This document shows, one piece after another, positions 1-13,739 of a stretch of DNA of 64,000 nucleotides (positions are counted from its first letter, which is position 1; each line of letters opens with the position of its first letter). Made by a program: the position numbers and the translations under genes. Source of the stretch: the human T2T-CHM13v2.0 reference genome, Homo sapiens. The notes beneath the pieces were generated by a model. That model made no database searches and had not been told where the DNA came from. It saw only the letters and a list, made by a program, of their open reading frames with translations. Location: assembly GCF_009914755.1 (NCBI RefSeq), contig NC_060927.1; one strand, given 5' to 3'.

Positions 1-328
1 ATGCTGTTCCTTTCCTTTTTTGTAATATGCCTCATAAATCTGGAGATCTACAAGTGAAGTTTCGTGGAATTCTGTGCCTTTTCAATATGGACACATCTGT
101 CTGTGGCTCCAAACCTGGCATATTTCAGAAATTCAGATAATTCTATGTGAAGAAAAATTTAAGTGAGGTAGGAAAATTATGTAACTGAAATGATCAAAGA
201 CAGAGTGGCTTCTGTATGGAAACCAAAAGAGTAGTCCCTCTTAATTTTAGATATGTAGGGATGTCATTATTAAAATTCATTAAATCCTGAAGTAAAGATG
301 GCAAAATTTACCAAATTCTAGACTTCTT

Positions 329-579
<251 letters not shown>

Positions 580-699
580 TAGACTTCCTTTTATAGCTGG
601 AAAATTGAATGTTTGGAATAGCTAGAGAACACTATAAAATTATTATTCTTTATCCTGAGGAGGATTCCATCTCATATAATATTTATGCAGCAGTTTCTG

Positions 700-1125
700 T
701 CAATGCTCTGTTCATATGCCCTTGGAACAGCTCACCATGTTGGTGCATGCCAACCTTGCTTCTGATGGTTAGCACCTGCGTCTTTGTCAGAGGGCTGCCC
801 TTGGCTTTACAGAATCCACTTCATCCAGGTGATAATGTCTGCAATTCTTGTACCATTTGTGGGCATTCTTTAACCGGTAACTAGCAGCTGTAAGGGTACA
901 AATATCCCTGTTCCCTTGACCAGTATTTTACAGTGTATCCTGCTTAATCTCTGGCATGAAGCTTCAGTTACTCACTGTAGTAGCTGGCTTAATGATGCAC
1001 TCTTATTTGTTGCCTTCCCTTCCCTGTATTACCTGCCTACTGGCATACTAATGTCCCTGCACCTCCCAAATAAACCATGTGCATTAATCCTTATGTCACA
1101 TCTGCTTCCTTAGGGAACCAGAAGA
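700..1125 (+). mobile_element. ERVL LTR remnant (LTR16-like)
   Basis: 3' end cacctcccaaataaaccatgtgca...ctgcttccttagggaacc resembles the LTR16-family terminus. 5' boundary uncertain. Confidence 0.55.
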
Positions 1126-2138
1126 TTACTAAAAAGGATATTAAGATTATGCCCCACCTTCTAAAGGATCATGGCAAATATTTGCCATGATTCCAAGCAG
1201 CTTTGCCCTTCATGTCACTATTTGCTGTTGGAGACAGCATTCAATAGGAAGGAACCACTGGAACAGCATGCTAGTTCTTATGTTCCTCTAAGAAAAAATT
1301 TTGTTGTAATAAAGTTGTTCTTGTTAGTGGTCACATTTGAGAAATTATGGATACTAAATTTGGAAACCAAACCTTAACTTTTGATGGAAAGTTTTGGATC
1401 TGGTGGGATTTGGAATGCTGCATCACTATATTTAGCTCTATGACAGAAAGACAGCCAGCAAGTCTGTCAAATAATAGGCTTTATTATTCACACAGTTCAG
1501 TCTTCCACTTAGAAATAAAAGCAAGTTATTTATTAACATTCACTTGACCAACAGTGGCTTAAGGGAAAAAAATATCCCTTGAGAGAAAAAAAAGTTTCAC
1601 GAAACTCCAAAGTTGTTAAACCTCTCAAAAATCTCCAGTGCTGTTTTACTTTGCCTGCTCTTTTAATTATAACACTTCATCACACAGTTCACTTTGGGCA
1701 AAACATTGTCATTGTGGAAGTACATGCCTCTGCATGTAGACATGACACTATATTTATAAACTTTCCCTAGTATTTACATTTGAAAATGTTATGAGACTAG
1801 CCATCACACATTTTTCCCATTTCTATTCACTCATATTTTTGTTTCATAAGCAAACATCAAATAGAAATGACACATATCTCTTTCTTGGTGATATCTCATC
1901 TTCCAGGGGTGTCTGTAATCAATTGTATGTGACTGTAGGAAAAGAATAAGCGTTACAGCAGAAGCAAGGTAGAGTGAACAGAGAGAGAGAGAGATAGTGA
2001 TTATTCTTAAAATACATCAGTGTTCCCTTTTGAGGTGCAAACTTTAAGGTTCAAGGATTTTATCATAAATAATTTGAATAGAATGCAAACTATAGAAAAA
2101 AGTGAACTGGAATTGAAACATTCCTCAAGTGTCTGGAA

Positions 2139-2345
2139 CTGTGCTGCCCAATATGTTGGCTACTAGACATGGGTGGCTATTTGAAAGTACATTAGTTTCA
2201 AACAAAATAAAAAATGCAGTTAGTCAGTAGACTAGCCACAATTTAAGGGCGCAGCAAACTCATGAGGCTAGTGGCTACTGTATTGGACAGACCTGGGGCA
2301 GATGTAGGACATTTCCATCATTGAAAGCCCTCCTGTACAGTGCTG
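2139..2345 (-). mobile_element. MER3 (hAT-Charlie MITE)
   Basis: ctgtgctgcccaatatg...ggctagtggctactgtattggacag...ttccatcat...cagtgctg matches the recalled MER3 structure with internal inverted repeats. Confidence 0.8.
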
Positions 2346-2904
2346 GTGTAGAAAGTTTGAGCACTTTGCCATCATATACCGACAGACATAACTACATGCT
2401 ATCATCTGATGAAGCGTATGGAAATTTCTCTGTCCTCTGCCCCCCCATTTCCTCTCTCTTCCAGAGACTTAAAATAGGAGAAAAAAACCTCACAAAACGA
2501 CAAAAAAGAGAGAAAAGACAAAGAAGACTGTTGTAAAAATAAGAAGCTTTGAAGAATCTGAAGCAGATGTTATGCTGGGAGCTAGTATGTGCTATAGTAC
2601 CACCTGTGCCCACTTAATTCCCTCCAAAATAATTTTCTTCACAGTTACTATGAAGAAAGACAGGAATTCAAGGATTTAGAAATATTTTGTGGGGGGATGG
2701 GAGGAAGGAAGTGAGAGTAAGGCCTCTAGTTACATGTGCATTTCATCTGCAAATGAGGATAGTAGTTTACTGCCAGTGGATGCTCCTGGCCTCTGGGCAA
2801 AGATAGGGCTTCTCTATCCTGGAACCTGACTTGGCTGAACCACCATGCAAAGCCATTCCATAATACATGTTTTGAGTAAAAAAAATATGTCAGCTACTGC
2901 ATAT

Positions 2905-2980
2905 TTTATATATGTATATATATATCATATCACACACACATGCACACACACATACATACATATTATATATGTATGCATAT
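2905..2980. repeat. (TA)n/(CA)n low-complexity microsatellite
   Basis: Alternating TA/CA runs. Confidence 0.8.
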
Positions 2981-3809
2981 GCTTTGGTCAAGAATATGGT
3001 GTAGAAGCACAACTTTTGTAGGAAAATAGTCAAGGACCATTCTTTTATCACTCTGACAATATTTTCTGTTGCATATATTTTATAGTATTTCAGTGGTTCT
3101 AAGTCTGTCTCAGATGATATTGCTTAACCCTTTCCTTACAGGGACTTGCTCATTTTCTGGTACAACTCTTATCTTATTATTCCAGATGAGGAGAGCTTTC
3201 AGTTTTAACTGGTTGGTTCTGATTTCTAAAGGTATTCTATTACTGAACCTGTGGAGACAGATTGAATTATCTAATGGATAATTTGAACTTCCTATTCAAA
3301 AACAAATTGCCTGAAAAAGGATACATTCTTCAGAGTATGCCATCATTTTTCTTCTGGAAAAGTTAGTGGTTCCCATTAATGGGTGTAAATCATAAAATCT
3401 AACTTCACCAGAAAAGAAGCCATTTTGGAGTGGATGTGGATGACCCAGTATTTTACCAAACTTCTGACAGTAGGATCTCTCTGGAAATTGAATAGGAAAT
3501 GTCAGCTGGCTGAAAACACATTCCATCTAAAGGCTCAAATAGAGTAAGTGCTGTCTCAGTTCTATGATTTGCTAGCATATTTGATTGTTTTCTTGGCTTG
3601 GCATAATTCTTCTCACTTTGCAGAAGAGGACTCATTTTTCACCTTCTTTCAGCTGAAGTTTTCCCTTCTGACCCATAGAGAGAAACTTGAGATCATCTGC
3701 TTTATTTTCTATTTGATTCTCTACATTTGTGACTCTGGAAAAGGGAAGATGAACACTTCATGTGAAGACTGCAATATGAACTTTTGGATATAAGTCACAG
3801 GTGTCCTAG

Positions 3810-4675
3810 TTCATTTGTTTGTCTACTTATTCATTCAACAAATAAGTTGAATAGCCAAATAGCCAGGCATTGTGCTACAAATTGGAGATACAATGAAAAA
3901 GACAGGCATATTCCCTCTCACTTGAAGATTACCTTCAGTAAAAGATGATAGCCAGAGGTAGTAGTTTCATATTGCTACTGTAACAAATTGCCAGGAGTTT
4001 AGTGGCTTGCAACCACGTAAGTTTATTATCTTACAATTCTGTAGGTCAGAAATCCAACATGGTAACACTTGTATAAAATAAAGGCATGTTTCTCTCTGGA
4101 CAAAAGAATTCATTTCTTCCTCCAGAAAAGAAGAGAGAAATAGGGGCAAATTCATTCACTTGTTTTGCTTTTTCCAGCTTTTAGAGGCTACCTTGGCTAA
4201 TGGTCCACTTCCTCCATTATCAAAACCAGAAATGGCAGGGCAAGTCCTTCTCATGTCACATCTCTGTGACCCTTCTTCTTTTGTCATCACATCTCTCCCT
4301 GAGAATAGCTGAGAAAGGTTTGCTTTTAAAGATTCATGTGATGAGACTGGACTCACCATGATGATCTCCCCATCTCAAAATCCAATATCCTCACGCACAT
4401 TTGCAAAGTCCCTTTTTGCCAAGTAAGATAATATATTCATAGGTCCGGGGGGTTAGAGCATGGACATCTTTTGGGTGCCATTATTTTGCCTACCACATCA
4501 GGTTAACAAACAAATACAATAAAATAGTTACATATTGTGGCACATGCTGAAAAAGACATAAAGAGAGTGCTATGAGAGAGGTGAGAATAGGGCACCCACT
4601 TTAGATAGTGTAGTTAGGAGAGACATTTTAGCGAAGGTGATATTCAAGGTGAGCAATGAAGGATGAGAAGGAAGT
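3810..4675 (-). mobile_element. L2 3' fragment interrupted by an MLT1 LTR
   Basis: tcattcaacaaata...ccaggcattgtgcta...gatacaatg (antisense L2 tail). Resumes after ~4500 with ...gaaggatgagaagg. Confidence 0.7.
3959..4497 (-). mobile_element. MLT1 (C/D-like) MaLR solo LTR
   Basis: Starts ...ctgtaacaaattgcc...gtggcttgcaac...tttattatcttacaattctgtaggtcagaa and ends ccattattttgcctaccaca. Confidence 0.8.
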
Positions 4676-4744
4676 TTCCCTCATTAAATCAATGGGGCTT
4701 GACTTGGTGCCATTATCTTCTTACAGATCCTGTCCTTCTGCTTA

Positions 4745-4960
4745 TAGTGGATTAGCCCAGGCATAGGCACCTGACTTAGGCTGGGCCAATCAGAGGACTT
4801 CCTTTAGATTTTTAAACATGTTTTTCAGGGAACATGTTTCTATTCTATATGTGATGAAGCTTGTAAATATGAAGTCCTGGAGTAGTCATCAATAATGTTC
4901 TTGCCTTGTAGAGGACATTGACTTAAAAGAAGACAATAGGCACATAGAGTTAAACAGAGG
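4745..4960. mobile_element. Old MLT1 LTR fragment
   Basis: ggcacctgacttaggctgggccaatcagag motif typical of MLT1J/K-type LTRs. Confidence 0.45.
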
Positions 4961-5009
4961 CAAAAGACAGCAAAAAAGTCTTTTGTTCAAAGTAAAATTA
5001 AGAACTGTA

Positions 5010-5319
<310 letters not shown>

Positions 5320-5779
5320 TTAGGATTCTTTTGGCATTGTTAGAAACTTAGAACCTATCTTTCTTAAGCAAAATTGATATTTATTGGACAATTCATGAGA
5401 TAGTGGGAAAAGCAGGTAGGGGTAGTATAGTCAGCCAGAGATCAGGCTTCTACCATATAGAACCAAAGAGTTATATTTCACTATTTAGCTTAAGAGCTTA
5501 AGATAGTTAGGTTTTTAGGTTGTGAACACTTAAAACCAGAAGATCCTAAATAGTACAATTAATAATTTTATTGTCTGAAAGTATGGCATATGCAGGGCCC
5601 TCCATGGGAACTGACGAGCACTTCTTGAATCCATGTATAATGTTAACACTGGATTTTTATTTTTTAAATACCAAACCCCCAAATACCTATTTATATCACA
5701 TTAAAAGAGTTGATTTTGCTCATTTGTCCAATTGGAATATATTGTGATCTCCGCAAGTCATCCATTTCCTTTTGTGTTT

Positions 5780-8142
5780 TTCTTTAAATGTGAGAATACA
5801 GCATAGATATAATGTATACATGTAAAATGTATCAATATAATTTAAAAAATAGTAATAAATAATAATAAAATGAGACCACTTGCTCCCAGTGTAAGAACAA
5901 GAACAATCTCAGTGCCTTTGAACTTCCCATATGCTCTTCAATGTATGTATCTCTTTCCTCCCTTCCAAAAGTAACCACTCTTCTCTAATTTTTCTTTAAC
6001 ATATTATCATATATGACAATTTTAGCTTGTTATATAAATGAACTCATACAGAATAGATTCTATCACTTGCTTTTGTTGTTCAACATTGAATTTTGAGACT
6101 CATTCACATTGATATGTATAGGTAAAGTTCATTCATTTTTCACTACTCTATCTGCACCATTTATGAATATACAACAGTTGACTTATGCATTTTACTGTTG
6201 ATGGACATTGAGATGGTTTCTAATTTTTTGCTATTACAAACAATGTCACTTGGGGGCACGTGTGTAAGTGTCTCTGAAGTACTTACCTAGGAGAGCAATA
6301 GCTGGGTTATAGGAGAAGAACATCTTCAGCTTCAGAAGTAACTCCATGTGGGTTTTTATAATAGCTGCACTGTTTAGTAACCCAACCAGTAGTGTATAAG
6401 GGACAACATTGCTTCATGTTCCAGCTAAAATTTGGTATTGTAAGACTTTATTATTATTACAAACCTGGTGTGTGTAAAATGTTATTTTGAGATTTCAAAT
6501 CAGAGTTTTCTGACTATTAAGGGTGTTGATCTTTTTTTGCATGTTAATGGGAAAGGTATGCTTTTTCTTCTGTAAAAGCAAATTTATATTTTGCAAATAT
6601 AAAGTATTTATAAATATATCTGTATTTACATTACATATTTTGGAATCACATCCTTTGTTGCATTTTTGTGTTCCAATATTTTACTCAGTTTGTGAGTTGC
6701 TTTTTCACATTCTTTCTCTTTTTTTTAATAAATAGAAATTTTTAATTTGAATGTGGTAGAATTTGTTGATCCTTTTCTTTAAATGTGTATTTCTGTGTGT
6801 CTTGTTTAAGATATCTTTCCTTTTATATTATGGTTATATTACTGTATTTCATATTAAAATTTAAAGTTTTGCTTGTCACATTAATCCAATTGAAACTGAT
6901 TTGAGGGAATGATGTGAAGTGAGGCTACAAATTAATTTTTTCCGATGAAGAGCCAGTTATTCTGGTGTCTGATGAGTAGTTCATTCTTTACCCCCACAAG
7001 ATACACTGAAGCTCTCAGACCAAATCGTTATATATGTGGAATTCTGGGTCTGGGCTTCGTATTGTTCTGCTCCATATGTATTTCTGCACCACCACCACCC
7101 TGTCTTAATTACTAGAATTTTATAAAAATTCTTGATATATTTTAGGACTAGTTTATTTAGTAGTATCTTGATTATCTTGGCCATTCACCATCCCTTATTC
7201 CTAATTAATTCTAATTTTAGAATTACTTGCCAAGTTCCACCTAAATCCTTCTTGGGATTCCAGTTGGAACCATACTAAATCTAGAGATTAATTTGGGGAG
7301 AATTGCCATCTTTAAAATATTTTTTTACTATCTATGAACATAACTAGCTCTTTCACTTATTTGATCTCCTTTATATCTTTCCATTTTATAAATTCACCCA
7401 TATATACATACGTTTGATTTTTGTATATCTTATTTTTTGGTATCTTAAATTGAATCTCTTTAAAATTATATTTTATGTTTGTTACTGGTATATAAAATGC
7501 AATTGGCTTATGTTTGTTAATCTTATATTTAGCAAACTTGCTTAATTATCTTTTTAGATATATTATTGGAAAATTTCATAAGTTTTTTATGTGTACAGTC
7601 TTAACACACAAAGATATGAGAAAATAGACAAGAACTAGAAGGAACACAATATTTTTACTTTCTCTCAAATGGCAGTTTGTCATTCATCTATGAAACAGGA
7701 TATTTTTGTTTCTTAATTTCCAATCTTAATTATTTTCTTTTTATCTTTGTGTATAGTCTACCAGATCATCCACTAAATTTGATATTTTTCTGATATCAGA
7801 AGAAATGTATTTTAATATTTTACTATTAAGTAGATGTTTTCTGTAGGTTTATCACAGAATATTTTATCAGATTAAGGATATCCTCTTTTCTGTGAGCTTT
7901 TTACAAATATTATTATAAATAATTGTTGAATTTTTAAAAATGCTTTTTCTACATCTTTGGAGATCAGATGACTTTTCTTCTGTATTCTTTTAATGTTATA
8001 AGTTGTATCAATACGTTTTCTATTGTTGCTTCAACCTTGTATTCCTGGAGTAAACCAAACTTAGTCACCAAGTATTATTTCTTGAGTACAAATATTTACT
8101 TTGACAATATTCTGTTTAGTTTTTAAAATGTATGTTTGTGAG
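5780..8142 (-). mobile_element. Old L1 (L1M/L1ME-type) 3' UTR and ORF2 remnant
   Basis: Degenerate antisense L1 motifs (gatggacattgagatggtttc, ctagagattaatttggggagaattgccatcttt, ccttgtattcctggagtaaacc). Continues briefly after the THE1C at ~10385-10470. Confidence 0.8.
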
Positions 8143-10379
8143 TGTATTAGTCCATTTTCATGCTACTGACAAAGACATATCCGAGACTGGGAAGAAAAAG
8201 AGGTTTAATTGGACTTACAGTTCCACATGGCTGGAGAAACCTCAGAATAATGGTGGGAGGTGAAAGGCACTTCTTACCTGGTGGTAGCAACAGAAAAAGG
8301 AGGAAGATGCAAAAGAGGAAACCCCTAAGAAAACCATCAGATCTCATGAGACTTATTCACTACCATGAAAACAGTATAGGGGAAGCCACCCCCATGATTC
8401 AAATTATTTACCACCAGGTCCCTCCCACAATATGTGGGAATTTTGGGAGTATAATTCAAGATGAGATTTGGGTGGGGACACAGAGCCAAACCATATCATT
8501 CTGCCCCTGGCCTCTCTGAATCTCATGTCCTCACATTTCAAAACCAATCATGCCTTCCCAACACTCCCCCAAAGTCTTAACTCATTTGAGCATTAACCCA
8601 AAACTCTACAGTCCAAAATCTCATCCGAGACGAGGCAAATCCCTTTCACCTATGAGCCTGTAAAATCAAAAGCAAGCCAGTTACTTCCTAGATACAATGC
8701 AGGTAAATATAGCCATTCCAAATGGGAGAAATTGGCCAAAACAAAGGGGTTACAGGACCCACGGAAGTCTGAAATCCTTTGACTCCATGTCTCACATCAA
8801 GGTCATGCTGATGCAAGAGGTAGGTTCCCATAGTCTTGGACAGCTCTGCCCCTTTGGCTTTATAGGGTATATCCCCGTCCTGGGTGCTTTCATGCGCTGG
8901 CGTTGAGTTTCTGCGGCTATTCCAGGTGCATGGTGCAAGCCGTTGGTAGATCTATCATTCTGGGGTCTGGAGTATGGTGGCCCTGTTCTCACAGCTCCAT
9001 GAGGGGGTGCCCCAATAGGGACTCTGTGTGGGGGCACTGACCCCACATTTCCCTTCTGCACTGCCCTAGCAGAGGTTCTCCATGAGGGCCCTGCCCCTGC
9101 AGCAAACTGTTGCCTGGACTTCCAGGTGTTTCTATACAACTTCTGAAATCTAGGTAGAGGTTCTCAAACCTCAATTCTTGACTTCTGTGTACCCGCAGGC
9201 TCAACAGCATGTGGAAGCTGCCAAGATTTGGGGCTTGTACCCTCTGAAACCATGAGCCAAGCTGTACCTTTGCCCTTTTTAACAATGGGTGGAGCAGCTG
9301 GGATGCAGGGCACCAAGTACCTAGGCTCCACACAGCATGGGGACCCTGGGCCTGGCCCGTAAAACCATTTTTTCCTCCTAGGCTTCCAGGTCTGTGATGG
9401 GAGGGGCTGCCATGAAGACCTATAACATGCCCTGGTGACATTTTCCCTGTTGTCTTGGGGATTAACATTTGGCTCCTTGTTACTTATGCGAATTTCTCCA
9501 GCCAACTTGAATTTCTCCTCAAAAAATGGGTTTTTCTTTTCTACTGCATTGCCAGGCTGCAAATTTTCTGAACTTTTATGTACTGTTTCCCTTTTACAAT
9601 GGAATGCTTTTAACAGCACCCAAGTCACATCTTGATTGCTTTGCTGCTTAGAAAGTTCTTCCTCCAGATACCCTAAATCATCTCTCTCAAGTTTAAAGTT
9701 CCACAAATCTCCAGGGCAGGGGCAAAATGCCTCCAGTCACTTTACTAAACCATAACAAGAGTCACCTTTGCTCCAGTTCCCAGCAAGTTGCTCATCTCCA
9801 TCTGAGACCACCTCAGCCTGGACCTTATTGTTCATATCACTATCAGCATTTTTGTTAAAGCTATTCAACAAGTCTCTAGGAAGTTCCAAGCTTTCCCACA
9901 TTTTTCTGTCTTCCTCTGAGCCCTCCAAACTGTTACAACCTCTGCCTGATACCCAGTTCCAAAGTCACTTCCATCTTTTCAGGCATCTTTTCAGTAATGC
10001 CCCACTCTACTGGTACCAATTTACTGTATTAGTCTGTTTTCACACTGTTGATAAAGACATACCTGAGACTGGGAAGAAAAAGAGGTTTAATTGGACTTAC
10101 AGTTCCACATGTCTGGGGAGGCCTCAGAGTCATGGCAGCAGGGGAAAGGCACTTCTTACATAGTGGCAGCAACATAAAAATGAGGAAGATGCAAAAGTGG
10201 AAACCCCGATAAAACCATCAGATCTTGTGAGACTTATTCATTACCACGAGAATAGTATGGGGGAAACCGCCCCCATGATTCAAATAATCTCTCAGCAGGT
10301 CCCTCTCACAACACGTGGGAATTATGGGAGTACAATTCAAGACGAGATTTGGGTGGGAAAACAGAGCCAAACCATATCA
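8143..10379 (-). mobile_element. Complete THE1C-like MaLR provirus (LTR-int-LTR)
   Basis: LTRs at 8143-8498 (3') and 10025-10379 (5'), both tgtattagtc...aaaccatatca. Internal region 8499-10024 carries MaLR ORF fragments. Exact 5-bp TSD GTGAG at 8138-8142 and 10380-10384. Confidence 0.95.
9164..9928 (-). pseudogene. Disrupted MaLR internal ORF (THE1-int)
   Basis: ORFs MEGSEEDRKMWESLELPRDLLN... (9737-9928) and ...LERDDLGYLEEELSKQQS... (9164-9706), separated by a stop. Typical THE1/MST internal ORF. Confidence 0.75.
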
Positions 10380-10469
10380 GTGAGTGAGAAAATCTACACT
10401 TTTTTTCCTTTTCTTTCTTAGTTTTGATAAGGTTATACTAATGTTATAACATAAGTTGGGAGTATTTTA

Positions 10470-11450
10470 TTCAGCTATTGTTGCAGTAATAACTAGTTTC
10501 TTAGTAGCTTGCAATATCATTTATTTTTTGGTCATATTACATGTTATATTGTAATTATTATAGCTTTGGTTGGGATTCAGGTGGGCTCTTCTCCAGATGC
10601 CTTTTCCTTCTAGAACCCAGCCTGAAAGAGCAGCTTATATTTGGCACATGTAGTTTTCATGACTGAGGGTCATAAGAGGCATGATGCAAACCAAATGTGA
10701 CAAACATCACATATTTTCATTGGCCAAAGCAGTTACACGGACAAGCTTAAAGTCAATGATGTGAGACATTACACTCTATCCCAGAGAGCTTGACACTGAT
10801 AGAGTGATAATGAGTAGTAATAAATAGCAGCCTACCATGGCAATCCATTTTGGTCACAAAAATTTTCTCTCTTCTGCAAGTAAGATACACTAAACTGCTT
10901 ACCACAGCATTCAATGTCACAGTTGACTATAGCATTAGGTTCTAACTCCAAGATCAAGTGATCTACATCATGTCTGAATTCAACTTCTCTTACTTCTGAA
11001 ACCTAAGTACAAAAAGGACAACTTAGGTGCTTCTGTCCCCATCTCCCATCTATAATGGTGGAACAGAGTCAGTAGAACTGAAACAAACGCCCTCATTAGA
11101 AAGGGTAAGAATGGGAGGTTCTTTATTGTTACTAGTTCATAGAGATTCTGAAATTCCTCTGGGAAAATATGGTAAGGCCTCTTATTTGGGGGTTAGCAGG
11201 TATTTTTCTGTTAGACTCTGGTCATGGTTCCTGGGAGTTGTTCCTGTCAATTGTTCTCCTTGACTCTCAACTGTACTGTTTAGATCATCCTTCATATTCC
11301 ATCATTTTCCTCAGCCAAATCCAAAGCAAGGCTTTCTCAGTCTGCTTCCTGCCAATAAAATGTTTGCAGCCCAGCTGGATTGAACAGTTACAATCTCTTC
11401 TTTACAGTCATAGTCTCTTTTAATTCAGGCTGTTGGCACTATTGGAAATG
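10470..11450 (-). mobile_element. Old MLT1 (I/J-like) LTR plus internal fragment
   Basis: ttcattggccaaagcagttacacggacaagcttaaagtcaatg...gcagcctacca LTR end at ~10838, followed by degenerate internal-like sequence. Confidence 0.55.
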
Positions 11451-11479
11451 AAATAAAAACACTTTTAGAAAATGATTCC

Positions 11480-11745
11480 AGCCAGTGCAGTAGCCCACAC
11501 CTGTAGTCCCAGCTATGTGGAAGGAGAGTTTGAGACCACCAATTCAAGTCCAGCCTGGGCAACATAGGAAACACTGCGTCTACAAAATATTAAAAAAGAA
11601 AATTAGCTGGGCATAGCAGCTCACAATGTAGTCCCAGCTACTTCGGAGGCTAAGATAGGTGGATCACTTGAGCCTGGAGGTCAAGGCTACAGCCACTGCA
11701 CTCCAGCCTGGGAAAGAAAGCAAGACTGTCTCAAAAAAGAAAAAA
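11480..11745 (+). mobile_element. AluJ, degenerate with internal deletions
   Basis: Dimer structure, ccagcctgggcaacatag and gaggtcaaggctacag (J diagnostics), A-rich tail, partial TSD aa(t/a)gattc. Confidence 0.88.
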
Positions 11746-12199
11746 GATTCAATTTTCTTTTAGAGGCTTAATGCTAAACACATAATGATGAGTCCTTTGA
11801 GCTTATTGGGATTCTGTTGTATTTCGCCTTAGTCTTAGTTACTGAGCCATTTTGTCCAATTGAAAGAGTTTATAGAGAGCCATGTTAATTCAATCAGAGC
11901 TCTCAACAAAGGTGTATAGCCAAGGCTTTGATTGAATATTTGATCCCAAACTGTGCTTTAATATCCACATCTTACCCCTGTGGCCGTGCGCAAATTTGAA
12001 AATGTTTTACTATCTGTAGATGAGCAATAGCTGTAACTTTCAACCCTTCAATTCCTGAAATTTCTGGATTGTTATTTTTTATTTCACCTCTGCAATAACT
12101 GAAAAACTCAATATATCTAACAAACTTGTGACTTATGCAGAGATGTTTTTAAACAAAGCATGTCTCTAGAAAGAAAATTTAGGTCGTGTCATAAGTTTT

Positions 12200-12740
12200 A
12201 CATATTGGAGATCTGTGTATTTATGCATGGAATGTATTTTTTACTTACATTTAAATTTTACTTTTATGAAATTTTATTATACTTACATTAAAAATTTAAT
12301 CTCTTTGGTAATTATGCTCACTTTTTACTGCTAACAATACTTATTTATGCGTTTTCTTCTTTTTCCTTAATCTGGCTAGAAGTCTGTCAATGTTATTAAT
12401 CTTTCCTACATACCAACTTCGCTTTTGTGGTATCTCTCTAGTATATCTTTGCTTTCTGTTTCATTAATTTTTGTGCCTGTTTTTACAATTTTATTTCTTT
12501 TACTTTCTTTGGCTTAATTCTGTTGTTCTTATCTTACTTCTTAAGTTGGATGCCTTGTCCGTTCAGCTTGTTTTTACTAATACATACATCTAAGCCTATA
12601 AATTTTCCTCTGTGACCAATTTTAGCTGAATCTAATACTATAATATGCAGTTTTAAAAGTTATTTAGTTTTTTTCTAATATTCATTATGGTTTTTCCTTT
12701 AATCATGAATTATTTAGAAGTATATTTAAATGTACAAGCA
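12200..12740 (-). mobile_element. Old L1 ORF2 fragment
   Basis: ctggctagaagtctgtcaatgttattaatcttt and ctataaattttcctct are antisense L1M motifs. Confidence 0.6.
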
Positions 12741-13073
12741 CAGGTTGAGTAACCCATATCTGATATGCTTGAGACCAGAAGTATTTCTGATTTCAGATTT
12801 TTTTAAGTTTAGATTATTGCATATAGATATGAAATATCTTGAGAGTATGACACAAGTCTAAACATGAAATGTTTCATATACACTTTATACACATAGACTT
12901 AAGGTAATTTTATGTAACATTTGTAATGATTTTGTGCATGAAATAAAGTTTTAACCCATCACATGAAGTCAGATTTAGAATTTTTCACTAGAGGTGACAT
13001 ATTGGTGCTCAAAAACTTTTGAATTTTGGAACGTTTTAGATTTTGGATTTTCAGATCAGGGATGCTCAACCTG
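12741..13073. mobile_element. Tigger4b/MER46-like TcMar MITE
   Basis: Terminal inverted repeats caggttgag...ctcaacctg, followed by TA. Internal tgcttgagaccagaagtatttctgatttcag. Confidence 0.88.
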
Positions 13074-13284
13074 TATGTGTGTTTTTAAATTACTGGTTTA
13101 TATTTCAATTGTGTTATTCAGAGAATACATATGTTTGATAGTGAATTATGTTGCATCTTGATTTGTAACAAGTACAAAAAGGATTAGCTTATATTTGCAT
13201 CAAATATAAGCTGCTCTTTCAGGCTGGGTTCAAAAAACAGAATCATTTTTTGTAAATGATTTTCATGTGAGATTATAAATAATA

Positions 13285-13735
13285 AGCATCCACAAAAAGA
13301 CTTGTATAAAAATGTTTATATCTATTTACTCATAATAGCCCTAAACTGGAAATAGCTCATCAGTAGAAAAATGGATAAAGAGTTTATTATTCATACAATG
13401 GAACACTATTCAATAACACTCAACAAGAACAAGACATGACATATAATTCATGCAATAATGTGAGTGAATCTCAAAACATTATGCTGAAAGAAGCCTTACA
13501 TAAAAAGTGCAGAAGAGTAGGATTCCATTTATATGAAGTTCTAGAACTGGTAAAACTAGTCTATCGTGGAAAATGTATCAGGTTGCCATTGGGTGGGGCG
13601 GGGGAGTAGGGATTGACTGGGAAAGGGCATGATAGAATTTTCTAGGGGCATGGTAATGTTCCATATCTTGATAAGGGCTTAAATTACAACTGTAAAAACT
13701 CAGGAAATTGTATGCTTAAGGTTAATACATTTTTT
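13285..13735 (+). mobile_element. L1ME-type 3' end
   Basis: tgaatctcaaaacattatgctga, gattccatttatatgaagttctagaac, ggattgactgggaaagggcatga. Confidence 0.8.
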
Positions 13736-13739
13736 AATG

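Noticed and set aside
8160-10421. Cluster of overlapping 100-180 aa ORFs
   Set aside because: All lie within the THE1C provirus and are MaLR-derived, not a host gene.
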